Assembly: GCA_963708295.1 (NCBI GenBank)
Contig: CAVPSJ010000014.1
Span: 192,001-256,000, forward strand
DNA length: 64,000 nucleotides
Direction: 5' to 3'
Origin: an uncultured delta proteobacterium
GTDB lineage: Bacteria; Desulfobacterota; BSN033; UBA1163
Shown: positions 30,269 through 39,454 of the stretch, one piece after another
How positions within the stretch are numbered: position 1 is the stretch's first letter
Layout of the letters: every line of letters begins with the position of its first letter
Made by a program: the position numbers and the translations under genes
The notes under the pieces: model-generated
Seen by the model: the letters and a program-made list of their open reading frames with translations, nothing else
What the model was told of the DNA's origin: nothing
Database searches by the model: none

Positions 30269-31897
30269 TTAAAATATGGAGGGTTCTTTAAATTCTCCGT
30301 AGATACCCTTAAAGACCTTCGTCATCTCGCCCACCGTTGCATAGGCCTTACAGCATTCCAGGAGATAGGGCATGACGTTCTTTTCAGCTCTTGCAGCGCT
30401 CTCGAGGTCTTTCAGCAACTGTGAAACCTTTCGATTGTCCCTTTCGCGCTTCACCTCCCGGAGCCGCCGGACTTGCTCTTCTGCAGATCCCAATCGGTAT
30501 TCATGGAGATCAACCTCCATCTCCTCTCCTTCGGTGTATTTGTTTACTCCGACTTTGATCAGCTCTCCCTTTTGGACCCCTTTCTCAAACTCGTAGGCCT
30601 GCCTTGCAACTTCTTTCTGAACGTAGCCGGTCTCTACGGCCTTGATCATCCCTCCCAGGTCATCGACCCGCTTCATTTCCTCAACGATTTTTTCCTCCAT
30701 CTGCTTCGTCAAGGTTTCGATAAAGTAGGAACCCGCCAGAGGATCGACCGTGTCCCTTAACCCGATCTCTTCCATCAGAATCTGGAATGTCCTGAGGGAG
30801 AGGAGGGCTGCCCGGGGGGTTGGAATCGTATAAGCTTCGTCAAAGGAGCACAGGGCCGTCGTTTGAGCGCCCCCTAAAGCCGCCGCCAGGGCATAGCAAG
30901 CACCTCGAATGATATTGTTTTCGGGCTGCGCTTTGGTCATCCCATATCCGCCGCCTCCGAAGATTCCCCGCAAGAGAAGGGAGCGATTGTCCTTGGCCCC
31001 GTAGCGCTCCTTCAGATTGCTTGCCCAGAGTTTCCTTGCCGCGCGGAACTTAGCCACCTGTTCCCAAAGGTTTCCGAAGACATTAAGGTTAAAAGTAAAG
31101 CCCCGGACAAAATCGTCAATGCGATGGCCCCGGCGCAAAACTTCCTCGATATAGGCATTGGCTATCTGGAAGGCGTAGGCAATTTCCTGAGCTGGAGAAC
31201 AACCCGATTCGCGAATGTGATAACCACAAACACTGACAGGGTTGGTTCGGGGGAGTTCCTTCATCGCATATTCGATCGTATCGCCGATGAGCCGCACGGC
31301 GGGTTTTGCTGGAAAGATCCACGCCCCCCGTCCGATCATCTCTTTGAGAATATCATTCTGAGGAGTCGCGCTCACCCGGTCTTTCTTGAATCCGTATTTT
31401 TCGGCGGTCGCCTGGAACATGGCCAGCATGATGCTCGCTACCGCATTGATCGTCAGCCCGGCGCCAATTCGGTCCAGAGGGATGTCCTGGAAAGCGACTT
31501 CAAAGTCTCTCAGCGAATCCACCGCCATCCCCACTCTTCCCACTTCCCCTTCCGCCAGCGGGTCGTCGGAATCGAGACCCATTTGTGTGGGAAGATCGAA
31601 GGCGACATTCAGACCGGTCTGGCCGTGGGAGATCATCAGTTTGAAACGCTCGTTGGTCTCTTCGGGTGTTCCGAAACCCGTATACTGCCGAGTGGTCCAC
31701 TCCCGACTCCGGTACCCGAGAGAATGGATTCCCCGGGTGTAAGGATACTCGCCTGGAAGAGCCAAGTCCTTGTCTGGGTCAAAACCGATCGCTTCTAAGT
31801 CCTTCCTCGTATAGAGAGGCTTGACGTGGATGCCGGACTGGAGGATCACATCCTGAACCTCATCTTTTTCATTTTTTATATATTTTGCAACACCCAT
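30269..31897 (-). CDS. B12-dependent acyl-CoA mutase large subunit (methylmalonyl-CoA mutase family)
   Basis: PGEYPYTRG, RQYTGFG, AFDLPTQMG, QNDILKE, GYHIRE, DPLAGSY. Confidence 0.93.
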   Translation of the reverse strand: MGVAKYIKNEKDEVQDVILQSGIHVKPLYTRKDLEAIGFDPDKDLALPGEYPYTRGIHSLGYRSREWTTRQYTGFGTPEETNERFKLMISHGQTGLNVAFDLPTQMGLDSDDPLAEGEVGRVGMAVDSLRDFEVAFQDIPLDRIGAGLTINAVASIMLAMFQATAEKYGFKKDRVSATPQNDILKEMIGRGAWIFPAKPAVRLIGDTIEYAMKELPRTNPVSVCGYHIRESGCSPAQEIAYAFQIANAYIEEVLRRGHRIDDFVRGFTFNLNVFGNLWEQVAKFRAARKLWASNLKERYGAKDNRSLLLRGIFGGGGYGMTKAQPENNIIRGACYALAAALGGAQTTALCSFDEAYTIPTPRAALLSLRTFQILMEEIGLRDTVDPLAGSYFIETLTKQMEEKIVEEMKRVDDLGGMIKAVETGYVQKEVARQAYEFEKGVQKGELIKVGVNKYTEGEEMEVDLHEYRLGSAEEQVRRLREVKRERDNRKVSQLLKDLESAARAEKNVMPYLLECCKAYATVGEMTKVFKGIYGEFKEPSIF

Positions 31898-32220
31898 GAT
31901 AGACTCCCAAAATCCGAATATCGAAATTCTGAATAAATCCTCCGATGATGGTTTTGCTCATAGTCGTCTCACCGGTGAAAACCGGTGCCCAGTATTCTCA
32001 TCGTTATCTGACATGACTGGATTCCGGCTGGAGTTTACCCCGTACTTGATACGGGGCCGGAATGACGATCCTCAGGCTTATTCTACCTTTTATATCTTCA
32101 TCCAGATATAAAATTCAAAAGGCCTTCACCAGAGAAATTGGTTTCTTGGGCATTTGTATTTGTTTCGGATTGATTCCTACGGAATGCTCCGCGCGTGCTT
32201 CGAGTTTGGAGTTTTCCCGA

Positions 32221-32622
32221 TCAAGGTCGGGAGTTAACGTGTTCTTTGATCCATCGGATCGATTCGTCGAAAGGAGTTCCTCCGGGGAAGATGCCCTGGA
32301 TCCCGATCTTTTGGAGAGGAGGAATATCCCGTTTGGGAATGACACCGCCGATGATGACCAGGATGTCATCAATCTTCTTTTTTTTCATCTCCTTCATCAA
32401 TTTTTCGCAGATCGGCAGGTGGGCTCCGGACATAATCGATAGGCCGATGATGTCCACCCCCTCCTGGATGGCCGTATGGGTGATTTGATCCACGGTCTGA
32501 TGAAGGCCGGTGTAAATCACCTCCATCCCCGCGTCGCGGAGGGCTTGCGCCACTACTTTCGCCCCCCGATCGTGGCCGTCCAGCCCGGGTTTTGCGACCA
32601 GGATACGAATTTTTTTCTCCAC
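32221..32622 (-). CDS. Cobalamin-binding mutase small subunit
   Basis: KPGLDGHDRGAK, GLSIMSGAH, GGVIP. Confidence 0.95.
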   Translation of the reverse strand: MEKKIRILVAKPGLDGHDRGAKVVAQALRDAGMEVIYTGLHQTVDQITHTAIQEGVDIIGLSIMSGAHLPICEKLMKEMKKKKIDDILVIIGGVIPKRDIPPLQKIGIQGIFPGGTPFDESIRWIKEHVNSRP

Positions 32623-32629
32623 CTCTTTA

Positions 32630-32722
32630 CCCCGTTAGAAAGCCCCGCTGCTAACAGCGGGGATGAATACTATTTGTTTTTCAGCGAGCCCCGTTAGAAA
32701 GTAGAAGGCTTTCTAACAGGTT
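32630..32722. repeat. CCCGTTAGAAAG/CTTTCTAAC palindromic repeat
   Basis: Two CCCGTTAGAAAG copies plus a CTTTCTAACAGG arm. A related arm GGGCTTTCTAACGGGGT is at about 2383-2399. Confidence 0.6.
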
Positions 32723-32728
32723 TACCCC

Positions 32729-33415
32729 TTAAGGGATCATTCTTCCCTCATCGATTTCCCTTAAAACGAGCTCCTTGCCTTTCGCGAGATGCTTTCGGAC
32801 AAGCCTTTCTGCCAACCTTGGGTTCTTCTTCCTCATCGCCTCCAGCATCTGACGATGGTCTTTATTGGAGGAACTGATGCCGTCCTGGGTCCGGAGCAGG
32901 GCGGACCGGTACCGATAAAAATAGTCGCGAAAGGTATTGATCATGTCGACCAGTTTCTTGCTTTTACAAGACTTGTAGAGAAGGTCATGGAATTCGGTGT
33001 TGAGCTGGACAGCCTTATCCGGTTCTCCCTTTTCCAGGGCCTCTTCCGATTCCTTCACTTTATTCTCCAGAATGGAAATCTTATCAGGAGCCGTATGAAG
33101 GGTGGCCAAATAAGCGGCATAACTTTCGAGGGCACTCCGGATTCCGAAGATTTCCTCTACATCCTCTTTTGTGAATTCCGTCACCGCATAACCTCCTTTG
33201 GGAAGCCGGGTGACCAATTCATCCTTTTCAAGTTTGTGAAAAGCCTCTCTGACGGGGGTGCGGCTGATTCCAACGTGATCGGCCAATTGCTCCTCGATAA
33301 GATGCTGGCCGGGTTTCAATTTCCCGTGAAGAATAGATTTTCTGAGTGATTCATAGACTTCTTCCCGTAGAGATTTCTTTTTGCGGATCCGAAGGCCTCC
33401 TAAAGTCGTTTCCAT
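32729..33415 (-). CDS. GntR (FadR/FCD) transcriptional regulator
   Basis: LKPGQHL..GISRTPVREA, EEIFGIRSALE, NTEFH. Confidence 0.93.
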   Translation of the reverse strand: METTLGGLRIRKKKSLREEVYESLRKSILHGKLKPGQHLIEEQLADHVGISRTPVREAFHKLEKDELVTRLPKGGYAVTEFTKEDVEEIFGIRSALESYAAYLATLHTAPDKISILENKVKESEEALEKGEPDKAVQLNTEFHDLLYKSCKSKKLVDMINTFRDYFYRYRSALLRTQDGISSSNKDHRQMLEAMRKKNPRLAERLVRKHLAKGKELVLREIDEGRMIP

Positions 33416-33442
33416 GGAATCCTCCTTTTTCGGTATAAATTC

Positions 33443-33498
33443 TGTATACTGTATCCAGAATATCATCTTTTTATATGCCAAGGGTCTTGGCTTGTCAA
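33443..33498 (-). promoter_or_regulatory. gntR promoter and operator
   Basis: TTGACA-17-TATAAA with TGGATACAGTATACA downstream. Confidence 0.75.
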
Positions 33499-33553
33499 GG
33501 ATTTTTTGAAAGGTGTTTTTTGAAAGGTTTTTTTGAAAGGGGAAGGAAAAGGC

Positions 33554-33603
33554 TTGACACCATCAGGATTTTGGGTATATATAATTTTTTGTATACAGTA
33601 TCC
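33554..33603 (+). promoter_or_regulatory. CoA-transferase promoter and operator
   Basis: TTGACA..TATATA(AT) followed by TGTATACAGTATCC. Confidence 0.7.
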
Positions 33604-33628
33604 CAATAGGAATCAGGAGGTGGTTTTT

Positions 33629-34828
33629 ATGGACGAAGTCCAACTCTTTAAAGATATTACTGTTTTGAGTCTCGAACAGGCAACTGTTCTCCCCTACTTA
33701 ACCCTCCGTTTGGCTGAAGAAGGAGCTAATATCATTCGCTTGGAACATCCCATTTACGGGGATCCCAATCGAAGAGTGGGGGACGATGTGTTGAAGGAAG
33801 ATCGAATGTTCTCCTATTATCTCTCCATCAATGCAGGGAAGAAAGCGCTCACCCTTGACATCGGGGCTCCTGAAGGGCAGGAAATTTTTAAAAATCTCAT
33901 CACCAAACTAAGCGTGGATATCTTTGCGACGAATCAACTTCCGAGAAATTACGCAAAACTCGGGATCGAGTATGAGATGCTCAAGAAGATCAAGGAGGAC
34001 ATCATCTGGCTGGGGATGACCGGTTTTGGCCCCCAGATCAATGAGGCAGCATATGATCCCGTGCTTCAAGCGAGGGGGGGGTTAATGGAGCTGACCGGAG
34101 AAAAGGGAGGGACGCCTCAAGTGATGGGGGTCCCCCTTCCCGATATGGGAGCCAGCGAGCATGGCTATGGCCTTCTGATGAAGGCCCTTTTCAAAAGGGC
34201 AGTGACAGGCCAAGGAAGCCGGATCGATCTCTCGATGTTCGAAAGCACGGTCTCCTGGCTCACTCAGGCCATTACCCACACGGTCTCGTTCAACAAGAAG
34301 GTTTCTCGAAGGGGGAATACTCACGAATTCTTTGCCCCGGTTTCTGTCTATGAGACGAAGGATGGCTATGCCTATATCGCTGTCGGAAATGATAAGCAGT
34401 GGGAGACGATGACAAAGATTCCGGGTTTTGAATCCCTTTATAAAAAAGAGTATGAAAGAAATGCCGGCCGCATTGCGGATGTGGACAACCTGAATCGTGC
34501 GATCAGAGCCGTTACCAAGAAATTTTCGACCGATGCATTGATCGACATCTTCAATAAGGCGACGCTTGCCATTTCAAAAGTCAACACCATTGAAGATGTG
34601 GTTCGAGATCCCCTGGTCAAACCGAATCTCATCCGAAGCAAAGACCCCAAGACGGGAATGGAAATTACTCTTGCCCCTCCTCCCGCGAATAACCTCAATC
34701 TCAAATCCATCGACCGAATGATGAGCTTCCCTCCCCGATTCGGTGAACACAACGAGGAGATTTACGGTGGGCTCTTGGGATACAGTCGTGCCCGGCTGAA
34801 GGAGTACAAGGAGAAAAATATCATTTAA
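33629..34828 (+). CDS. Family III (CaiB/BaiF) CoA transferase
   Basis: NAGKKALTLD, TGFGP..AYD..QARGGLM, RRGN, PPRFGEHN. Confidence 0.92.
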   Translation: MDEVQLFKDITVLSLEQATVLPYLTLRLAEEGANIIRLEHPIYGDPNRRVGDDVLKEDRMFSYYLSINAGKKALTLDIGAPEGQEIFKNLITKLSVDIFATNQLPRNYAKLGIEYEMLKKIKEDIIWLGMTGFGPQINEAAYDPVLQARGGLMELTGEKGGTPQVMGVPLPDMGASEHGYGLLMKALFKRAVTGQGSRIDLSMFESTVSWLTQAITHTVSFNKKVSRRGNTHEFFAPVSVYETKDGYAYIAVGNDKQWETMTKIPGFESLYKKEYERNAGRIADVDNLNRAIRAVTKKFSTDALIDIFNKATLAISKVNTIEDVVRDPLVKPNLIRSKDPKTGMEITLAPPPANNLNLKSIDRMMSFPPRFGEHNEEIYGGLLGYSRARLKEYKEKNII

Positions 34829-34884
34829 GAAATGGTTCGGAGTCATGCGTTATCTCCCCATAGCGACGAAAGGAGGAACCCTCC

Positions 34885-36045
34885 ATGGCACTCGACTTCA
34901 GTTTTACAGAAGATCACGAGTTCTTCAGGCAGACCGTCCGGGGTGCTGTGAAGCGTTTAATCTTACCCCGGGTCAAGGAACTGGACGAAAAAGAGGAATT
35001 CCCCTGGGACCTCTGGAAGGAATTTGCTGCCCTGGGGTATCTCGGCCTAAAACACGAAGAAAAATACGGGGGCATGTCAACCGATACCATCAGTCAGATG
35101 ATCTTCTACGAAGAACTCGCAAGGGGGTCTTGCGGCTTTGCTATGTCAGCGATTATGCAGATCCTGATGGGAACTTATTTCATCGCCCGTTTCGGAAACG
35201 AGGATATTAAGCAGAGGATTCTTGTTCCCGCCATCAAAGGCGAAAAGATTGGCACGATCTGTTTTACTGAGGACCAATCTGGTTCGGATCTCGCCGGAAC
35301 AAAAACGCTAGCAACGAAGGTGGATGGAGGTTGGAGGATCAACGGTCAAAAACAGTGGATCACCAACGGTCCCATTGCTGAATTCGCTACGGTGATGGCA
35401 ACGGTGGATCGGAAAATGGGTCTGAAGGGTCTTAATTTTTACCTCGTAGAAAAGAAGACGAAGAATCGTGATGGGTTCGTCCCCGGCCAGAAGATCCATA
35501 AATTGGGCTCTCGCTGCTCGGTAACAGGTGAGCTGGTGTTTGACAATGTCTTTGTTCCTGATGAGAATTTCCTGGGAGAGGAAATCGGCAAAGGGGTTCA
35601 GTATGCCGGAAACATTCTCAACGAAGTGCGTGTCATGACAGGCATGTGCGCTTTGTCGATTGCAAAAGAAGCCATGGAAGATGCGAGGCAATATGCCAAT
35701 AACCGAATTGCTTTTGGAAACGCCATCAGCAAGTATCAACTCATTCGCGAAAAATTTGCCAAATTCTGGGCCTGGTATGAGGCTTCTCGAACCTTCCTCT
35801 ACAGGTGCGCATGGATGATTCAAAACAACATCCCTTGTACGAACGAATGCATGATGGCCAAATATCACTCTGCAGAGATGTGTATGTACGCGGTGGAAGA
35901 GGCCATGAGGATTTACGGTGGAAACGCCTTCTGCACCGACATTTCTGTCCAGCGATTCTGGAGAGATGCGAAATTCCTGCTCTATGGGGGTGGCACCCAT
36001 GAAGTTCTGTGTGATTATCTGGGAAGGGTTTACTGTAAAGATTAA
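34885..36045 (+). CDS. Acyl-CoA dehydrogenase
   Basis: TEDQSGSD, INGQKQWITNG, KLGSR, RIAFG, RFWRDAK..GGGTHE. Confidence 0.93.
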   Translation: MALDFSFTEDHEFFRQTVRGAVKRLILPRVKELDEKEEFPWDLWKEFAALGYLGLKHEEKYGGMSTDTISQMIFYEELARGSCGFAMSAIMQILMGTYFIARFGNEDIKQRILVPAIKGEKIGTICFTEDQSGSDLAGTKTLATKVDGGWRINGQKQWITNGPIAEFATVMATVDRKMGLKGLNFYLVEKKTKNRDGFVPGQKIHKLGSRCSVTGELVFDNVFVPDENFLGEEIGKGVQYAGNILNEVRVMTGMCALSIAKEAMEDARQYANNRIAFGNAISKYQLIREKFAKFWAWYEASRTFLYRCAWMIQNNIPCTNECMMAKYHSAEMCMYAVEEAMRIYGGNAFCTDISVQRFWRDAKFLLYGGGTHEVLCDYLGRVYCKD

Positions 36046-36193
36046 CCTAACCGCCTTGCGCCCCTGCCTGCCGGGAGGCAGGCTCTTGGAAAATGGATTG
36101 AGATTTAGAAAACTGGATTGCTTTCCCACCACAGAGTCATGGGGAGCCTAGGGCATCTGAGGTGATACGGGTTATGAACGAGGGTTGCCTTCG

Positions 36194-36454
36194 ATGAAGA
36201 TCACCGAAAAGCTACCTCTCGATACCTTTATAAACGACGAAGAGTCCCGCATCCTTCTTGAGCAACAAATCTGTCACACGATCAAGAACAATTCTGCGTT
36301 TATGCCTGCCCCGCAAACCTGTACTCCCTCAACGAAAAAGGAGAGAGGACCGTCGAATTTGCCGGATGGCACCTGCAGGATTGCCTGCGTATAGGGTTCC
36401 GTGAAATGGAAATATCCCAAGAGCGGATTGGGTGTCCAGTATCGGTTTGGATGA
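36194..36454 (+). pseudogene. FixX-like ferredoxin remnant
   Basis: Fragments FCVYACPANLY and GTCRIACV*GSVKWKYPKSGLGVQYRFG*. CLEC is missing; there are frameshifts and an internal TAG. Confidence 0.75.
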
Positions 36455-36580
36455 GGGAACCCAAATCCATTTTCGACAATCCTCCGGCAGCACTGCTGTC
36501 CAAATTAAGTGGAATTCTCGGGAAGTAACGTTGATTTCATTCAGCTTTTGGATTGATATTCGCCTCTTTCAACGCCAGGT

Positions 36581-36812
36581 TTCACCGCAGAGGCGCGGAG
36601 ATCGCAGAGGGAGATTTTTCTTCTGCTCCAATCGGGAGACGGCGATTGGAGCAGAAACTTCGTCCCTTCGGGATCAGGATCGATCCGTTTGATGGCGGTG
36701 GTACTATCATGAGCCTTGTCTTTTTTTAGAATGACAAACCTTTTTATTTGGCGGTATCTCTCCGCCAAACAAAAAACCTTTTCTCCGCGTTCTCTGCGAC
36801 TCTGCGGTGAAA
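36581..36812. repeat. MITE-like element with 9-nt-periodic terminal inverted repeats (copy 2)
   Basis: TTCACCGCAGAGGCGCGGAGATCGCAGAG ... CTCCGCGTTCTCTGCGACTCTGCGGTGAA. Confidence 0.78.
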
Positions 36813-36871
36813 AGTCTATTTTGGACAGGTTTGCTCCGGCAGGGATTGATTGACATCCTGAGGCGAACTCC

Positions 36872-37042
36872 CTAACTCACTTTTTTCCACGTTTCCAAGC
36901 TTTCTTGGGACGTTAGAATTTGGCGGTCGCCCTCTTCTTCTTTTAGAACGACCCAGTCCCCGTCCATAACCACTCTTGCTACTCCGTAGATTTTACGAGT
37001 ATCGGGCTTAATAAACCTGTCACCCTCCTTGGCCCTTTCCAT
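36872..37042 (-). CDS. Small hypothetical protein, 56 aa (MERAKEGDRFIKPDTRKIYGVARVVMDGDWVVLKEEEG...)
   Basis: ATG to TAG ORF below the track cut-off, G-rich RBS, protein-like composition. Confidence 0.55.
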   Translation of the reverse strand: MERAKEGDRFIKPDTRKIYGVARVVMDGDWVVLKEEEGDRQILTSQESLETWKKVS

Positions 37043-37246
37043 AGTTCCCCACCCCTGGTTTAAAGTCTAAGTGAATATCCTTCCTCTCGAGGGAGAGTTT
37101 ATTAAATTAGGGACGGGGTGTCAATTAAAGAATTAGAAGAATTAGAAGAATGTCCTGGTGGTCCATCCATCGAGTAAACCTCTCTTAAAGACAGCAAAAG
37201 TTGACACGCTTAATCATACATTGTAAATTCCCTTTGAAAATAAGCG

Positions 37247-37429
37247 GTTCCCTCAAAAAGGAAAACATTTTTCTGGCGAGAGCTCCGTCTTTTGGGGAAA
37301 GGATTCACTTCCCCTCACTGCCTCGGGGTGGTCGCCTGAAAAGCCGCGAGCAGTATGGATTGATTGAACATGGCAAAGATCTGCCCTCCCCGGGTTCAAG
37401 AAAGATTTTTAGCACTTTCAGGTGAGGAA
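37247..37429 (+). ncRNA. Candidate 6S-like rod-shaped ncRNA
   Basis: Upstream TTGACA-17-TAAATT. The ends pair (TTCCCTCA/TGAGGAA), as do GTCTTTG/CAAAGAT. Apical ACTGCCTCG/CGAGCAGT hairpin and a central bubble. Confidence 0.4.
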
Positions 37430-37534
37430 TTCAGTACTTATGTGAAAATTCTTTCCACTTTTGGTTTTCGCTGAAATCGTTTGGATTCGAGAGAAGATCT
37501 TAATTATCGATAAGTTGCATCAAATGACAAAAAT

Positions 37535-37550
37535 TGGCACTAAACTTGCT
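37535..37550 (+). promoter_or_regulatory. Sigma-54 promoter
   Basis: TGGCAC-N5-TTGCT with exact -24/-12 spacing. Confidence 0.8.
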
Positions 37551-37601
37551 TTATTTCTCTATTGTTTCTATCTTACTTCTTATTAAGGACGGTCTTCCGA
37601 T

Positions 37602-37784
37602 ATGATAGCCTATGAATTTTACTGGCGCGATGAAATTGGGAAGGAACATCTTGTTGGAATACTTCCGGAGAGAAGAAGAAACTCATTGAGAATAACCAAG
37701 GAGTCTATTCTGAATTGGGTTTCGATGGTGATTGGAAATAATTTGGAAAGTAACAATATCTATTTCGTTCAAGTGGAATTATAG
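37602..37784 (+). CDS. Small hypothetical protein (60 aa)
   Basis: AAGGA RBS, own sigma-54 promoter and terminator. Confidence 0.75.
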   Translation: MIAYEFYWRDEIGKEHLVGILPERRRNSLRITKESILNWVSMVIGNNLESNNIYFVQVEL

Positions 37785-37858
37785 GTTAAATCTGGGACAG
37801 AGATGATCTGAATTGGGAAGCATCCCAATCGTGATTCGATATTCGATTATCAAAAGCG

Positions 37859-37891
37859 AAAGCAGAGTCGGAGATGACTCTGCTTTTTTTA
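37859..37891 (+). terminator. Intrinsic terminator
   Basis: AAAGCAGAGTC/GACTCTGCTTT stem followed by a T-run. Confidence 0.85.
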
Positions 37892-38085
37892 TCCCTTTGG
37901 GCGAGCTTTTCCTTGCTTCATCCAATATTTCTTGTTAGAATTCCACTACAAACCGCTGATCAGAGGGGAATCCCCCAGCCGTTTCATGGATTCTACCCGC
38001 TCCATTATAGGGCGGAAGCTTACAGGGTCCGTGACGTCCGTCAGCATGCCGTTTATCTAGAGTGAACACCCGCAAATCAAAGAAG

Positions 38086-38607
38086 ATGGCTAAAGAATTT
38101 GATGAGGCGTACATGAAGATGGCTCTGGAAGAGGCAGAGAAGGCTGGCGCGAGAGGGGAAGTTCCGGTGGGAGCCGTTTTATTAAAGGGAGGTCAGGTGC
38201 TGGCAAGAGATCACAATCGTTGCATCGAGCTCAGCGACCCGACTGCCCACGCAGAAATCCTCGTCCTGCGAAAAGGGGGGGAGATTTTAAGAAACTACCG
38301 ATTGAATGGAACTGCGATGTATGTGACGGCAGAGCCTTGCCCCATGTGCGTTTCCGCAATGGTTCACGGCAGGATATCGAGATTGGTCTTTGGGGCATCG
38401 GAGCCGAAATTTGGGGCGGTCGAATCAAAATTTAGATTGTTGAGCGATCAGGGCATGAATCACAAAGTAAAGGTTGAGCGGGGGATTCTCGAAAAAGAAT
38501 GCGGTGAAATCTTAAAGGTTTTCTTTAGAGGACGAAGAGGAAGAGAAAGTAACAAGTTAAGAGTTATGAGTTCAGAGTTAGCGGGTACGGGAATTAGACA
38601 AGAATGA
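38086..38607 (+). CDS. tadA: tRNA adenosine(34) deaminase
   Basis: EVPVGAV, DPTAHAE, EPCPMC. Confidence 0.95.
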   Translation: MAKEFDEAYMKMALEEAEKAGARGEVPVGAVLLKGGQVLARDHNRCIELSDPTAHAEILVLRKGGEILRNYRLNGTAMYVTAEPCPMCVSAMVHGRISRLVFGASEPKFGAVESKFRLLSDQGMNHKVKVERGILEKECGEILKVFFRGRRGRESNKLRVMSSELAGTGIRQE

Positions 38608-38655
38608 AAATAACTCAAAACTTGGAACTCAAAACTCATAACCGTAATTCAGCCA

Positions 38656-38744
38656 GGAGAGGTTGCCGAGTGGCTTAAGGCGCCGCTCTCGAAAAGCGGT
38701 TCTCCCGAAAGGAGACGTGGGTTCAAATCCCACCCTCTCCGCCA
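38656..38744 (+). tRNA. tRNA-Ser (CGA)
   Basis: GGAGAGG/CTCTCC acceptor stem, CCGCT-CTCGAAA-AGCGG anticodon arm, long variable arm, GCCA end. Confidence 0.95.
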
Positions 38745-38885
38745 TCCTACGCTAAAGCTTCGGCTGGCGAACCATGCACCCTGTAAGTTATAAAATCAGA
38801 GTTCAGAAAAATAAATACTCCTTAGAAATTTGATTAAGAATTACTCCGAACTCCGAGCTAAGAACTCTGAACTAATTTTTGAAAC

Positions 38886-38978
38886 GGAGAGATGCCCGAG
38901 AGGCCGAAGGGGCACGATTGGAAATCGTGTATTCCGCTAATAACGGGATCGTGGGTTCGACTCCCACTCTCTCCGCCA
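38886..38978 (+). tRNA. tRNA-Ser (GGA)
   Basis: CACGA-TTGGAAA-TCGTG anticodon arm, long variable arm, GGTTCGA, GCCA end. Confidence 0.95.
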
Positions 38979-38993
38979 TGCACCACGTAGGGT

Positions 38994-39178
38994 TCTGGCA
39001 GCCGTGCACCTTAAGGGCGCGGTATGCAACGCTGACCATGAGGTTCAGGATAGTCGCCATAGTTATAGCACCGCGTATGGTGCAGCTTGCCCTGAACCTG
39101 ACATGGTTTAGGGCGCCATAGGCCATGAACCGCGTAGTTCGTGGCAGCCGCGCACCTCACAGGGTACACGGCGCCAGA
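38994..39178 (+). ncRNA. Unidentified multi-stem structured element upstream of the GIY-YIG gene
   Basis: Three nested long stems and two hairpins, each carrying CGCCATAG-N7-ACCGCGTA. Confidence 0.6.
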
Positions 39179-39190
39179 TGACAGACTGAT

Positions 39191-39454
39191 ATGTATTATG
39201 TTTATGTGCTGAGAAGTCAGCTTGATGGAAGGCTCTACATCGGTTACACAGCGAACCTTAGGAATAGAATTCAAGAACACAATAGCGGGGAAGTGACATC
39301 AACAAAACCACGTAGGCCGTTAGAGTTAATTTTCTATGAAGGGTATAGGAGCATGGAAGATGCGAAACGTAGGGAACGTTATCTGAAGACTACTAAGGGT
39401 AAATCTTCATTGAACATAATGCTCCGAAATTCATTGAACCCATCGGCAAGATAG
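39191..39454 (+). CDS. Stand-alone GIY-YIG nuclease (87 aa)
   Basis: YYVYVL..LYIGYT..RIQEHN..RRERYLK. Confidence 0.92.
   Translation: MYYVYVLRSQLDGRLYIGYTANLRNRIQEHNSGEVTSTKPRRPLELIFYEGYRSMEDAKRRERYLKTTKGKSSLNIMLRNSLNPSAR

Noticed and set aside
35308-36132. Long antisense ORFs (also 42511-43254, 43289-44077, 57204-58007)
   Set aside because: They are shadows of well-supported genes on the opposite strand.
36392-36394. In-frame TAG in fixX as pyrrolysine
   Set aside because: The gene also has frameshifts and lacks Cys ligands, and no pyl genes are in view.
37128-37151. AAGAATTAG tandem repeat
   Set aside because: Fewer than three full copies; probably simple slippage.
38872-39126. Track ORFs over tRNA-Ser and the structured element
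   Set aside because: They overlap a tRNA and have no protein motifs or RBS.
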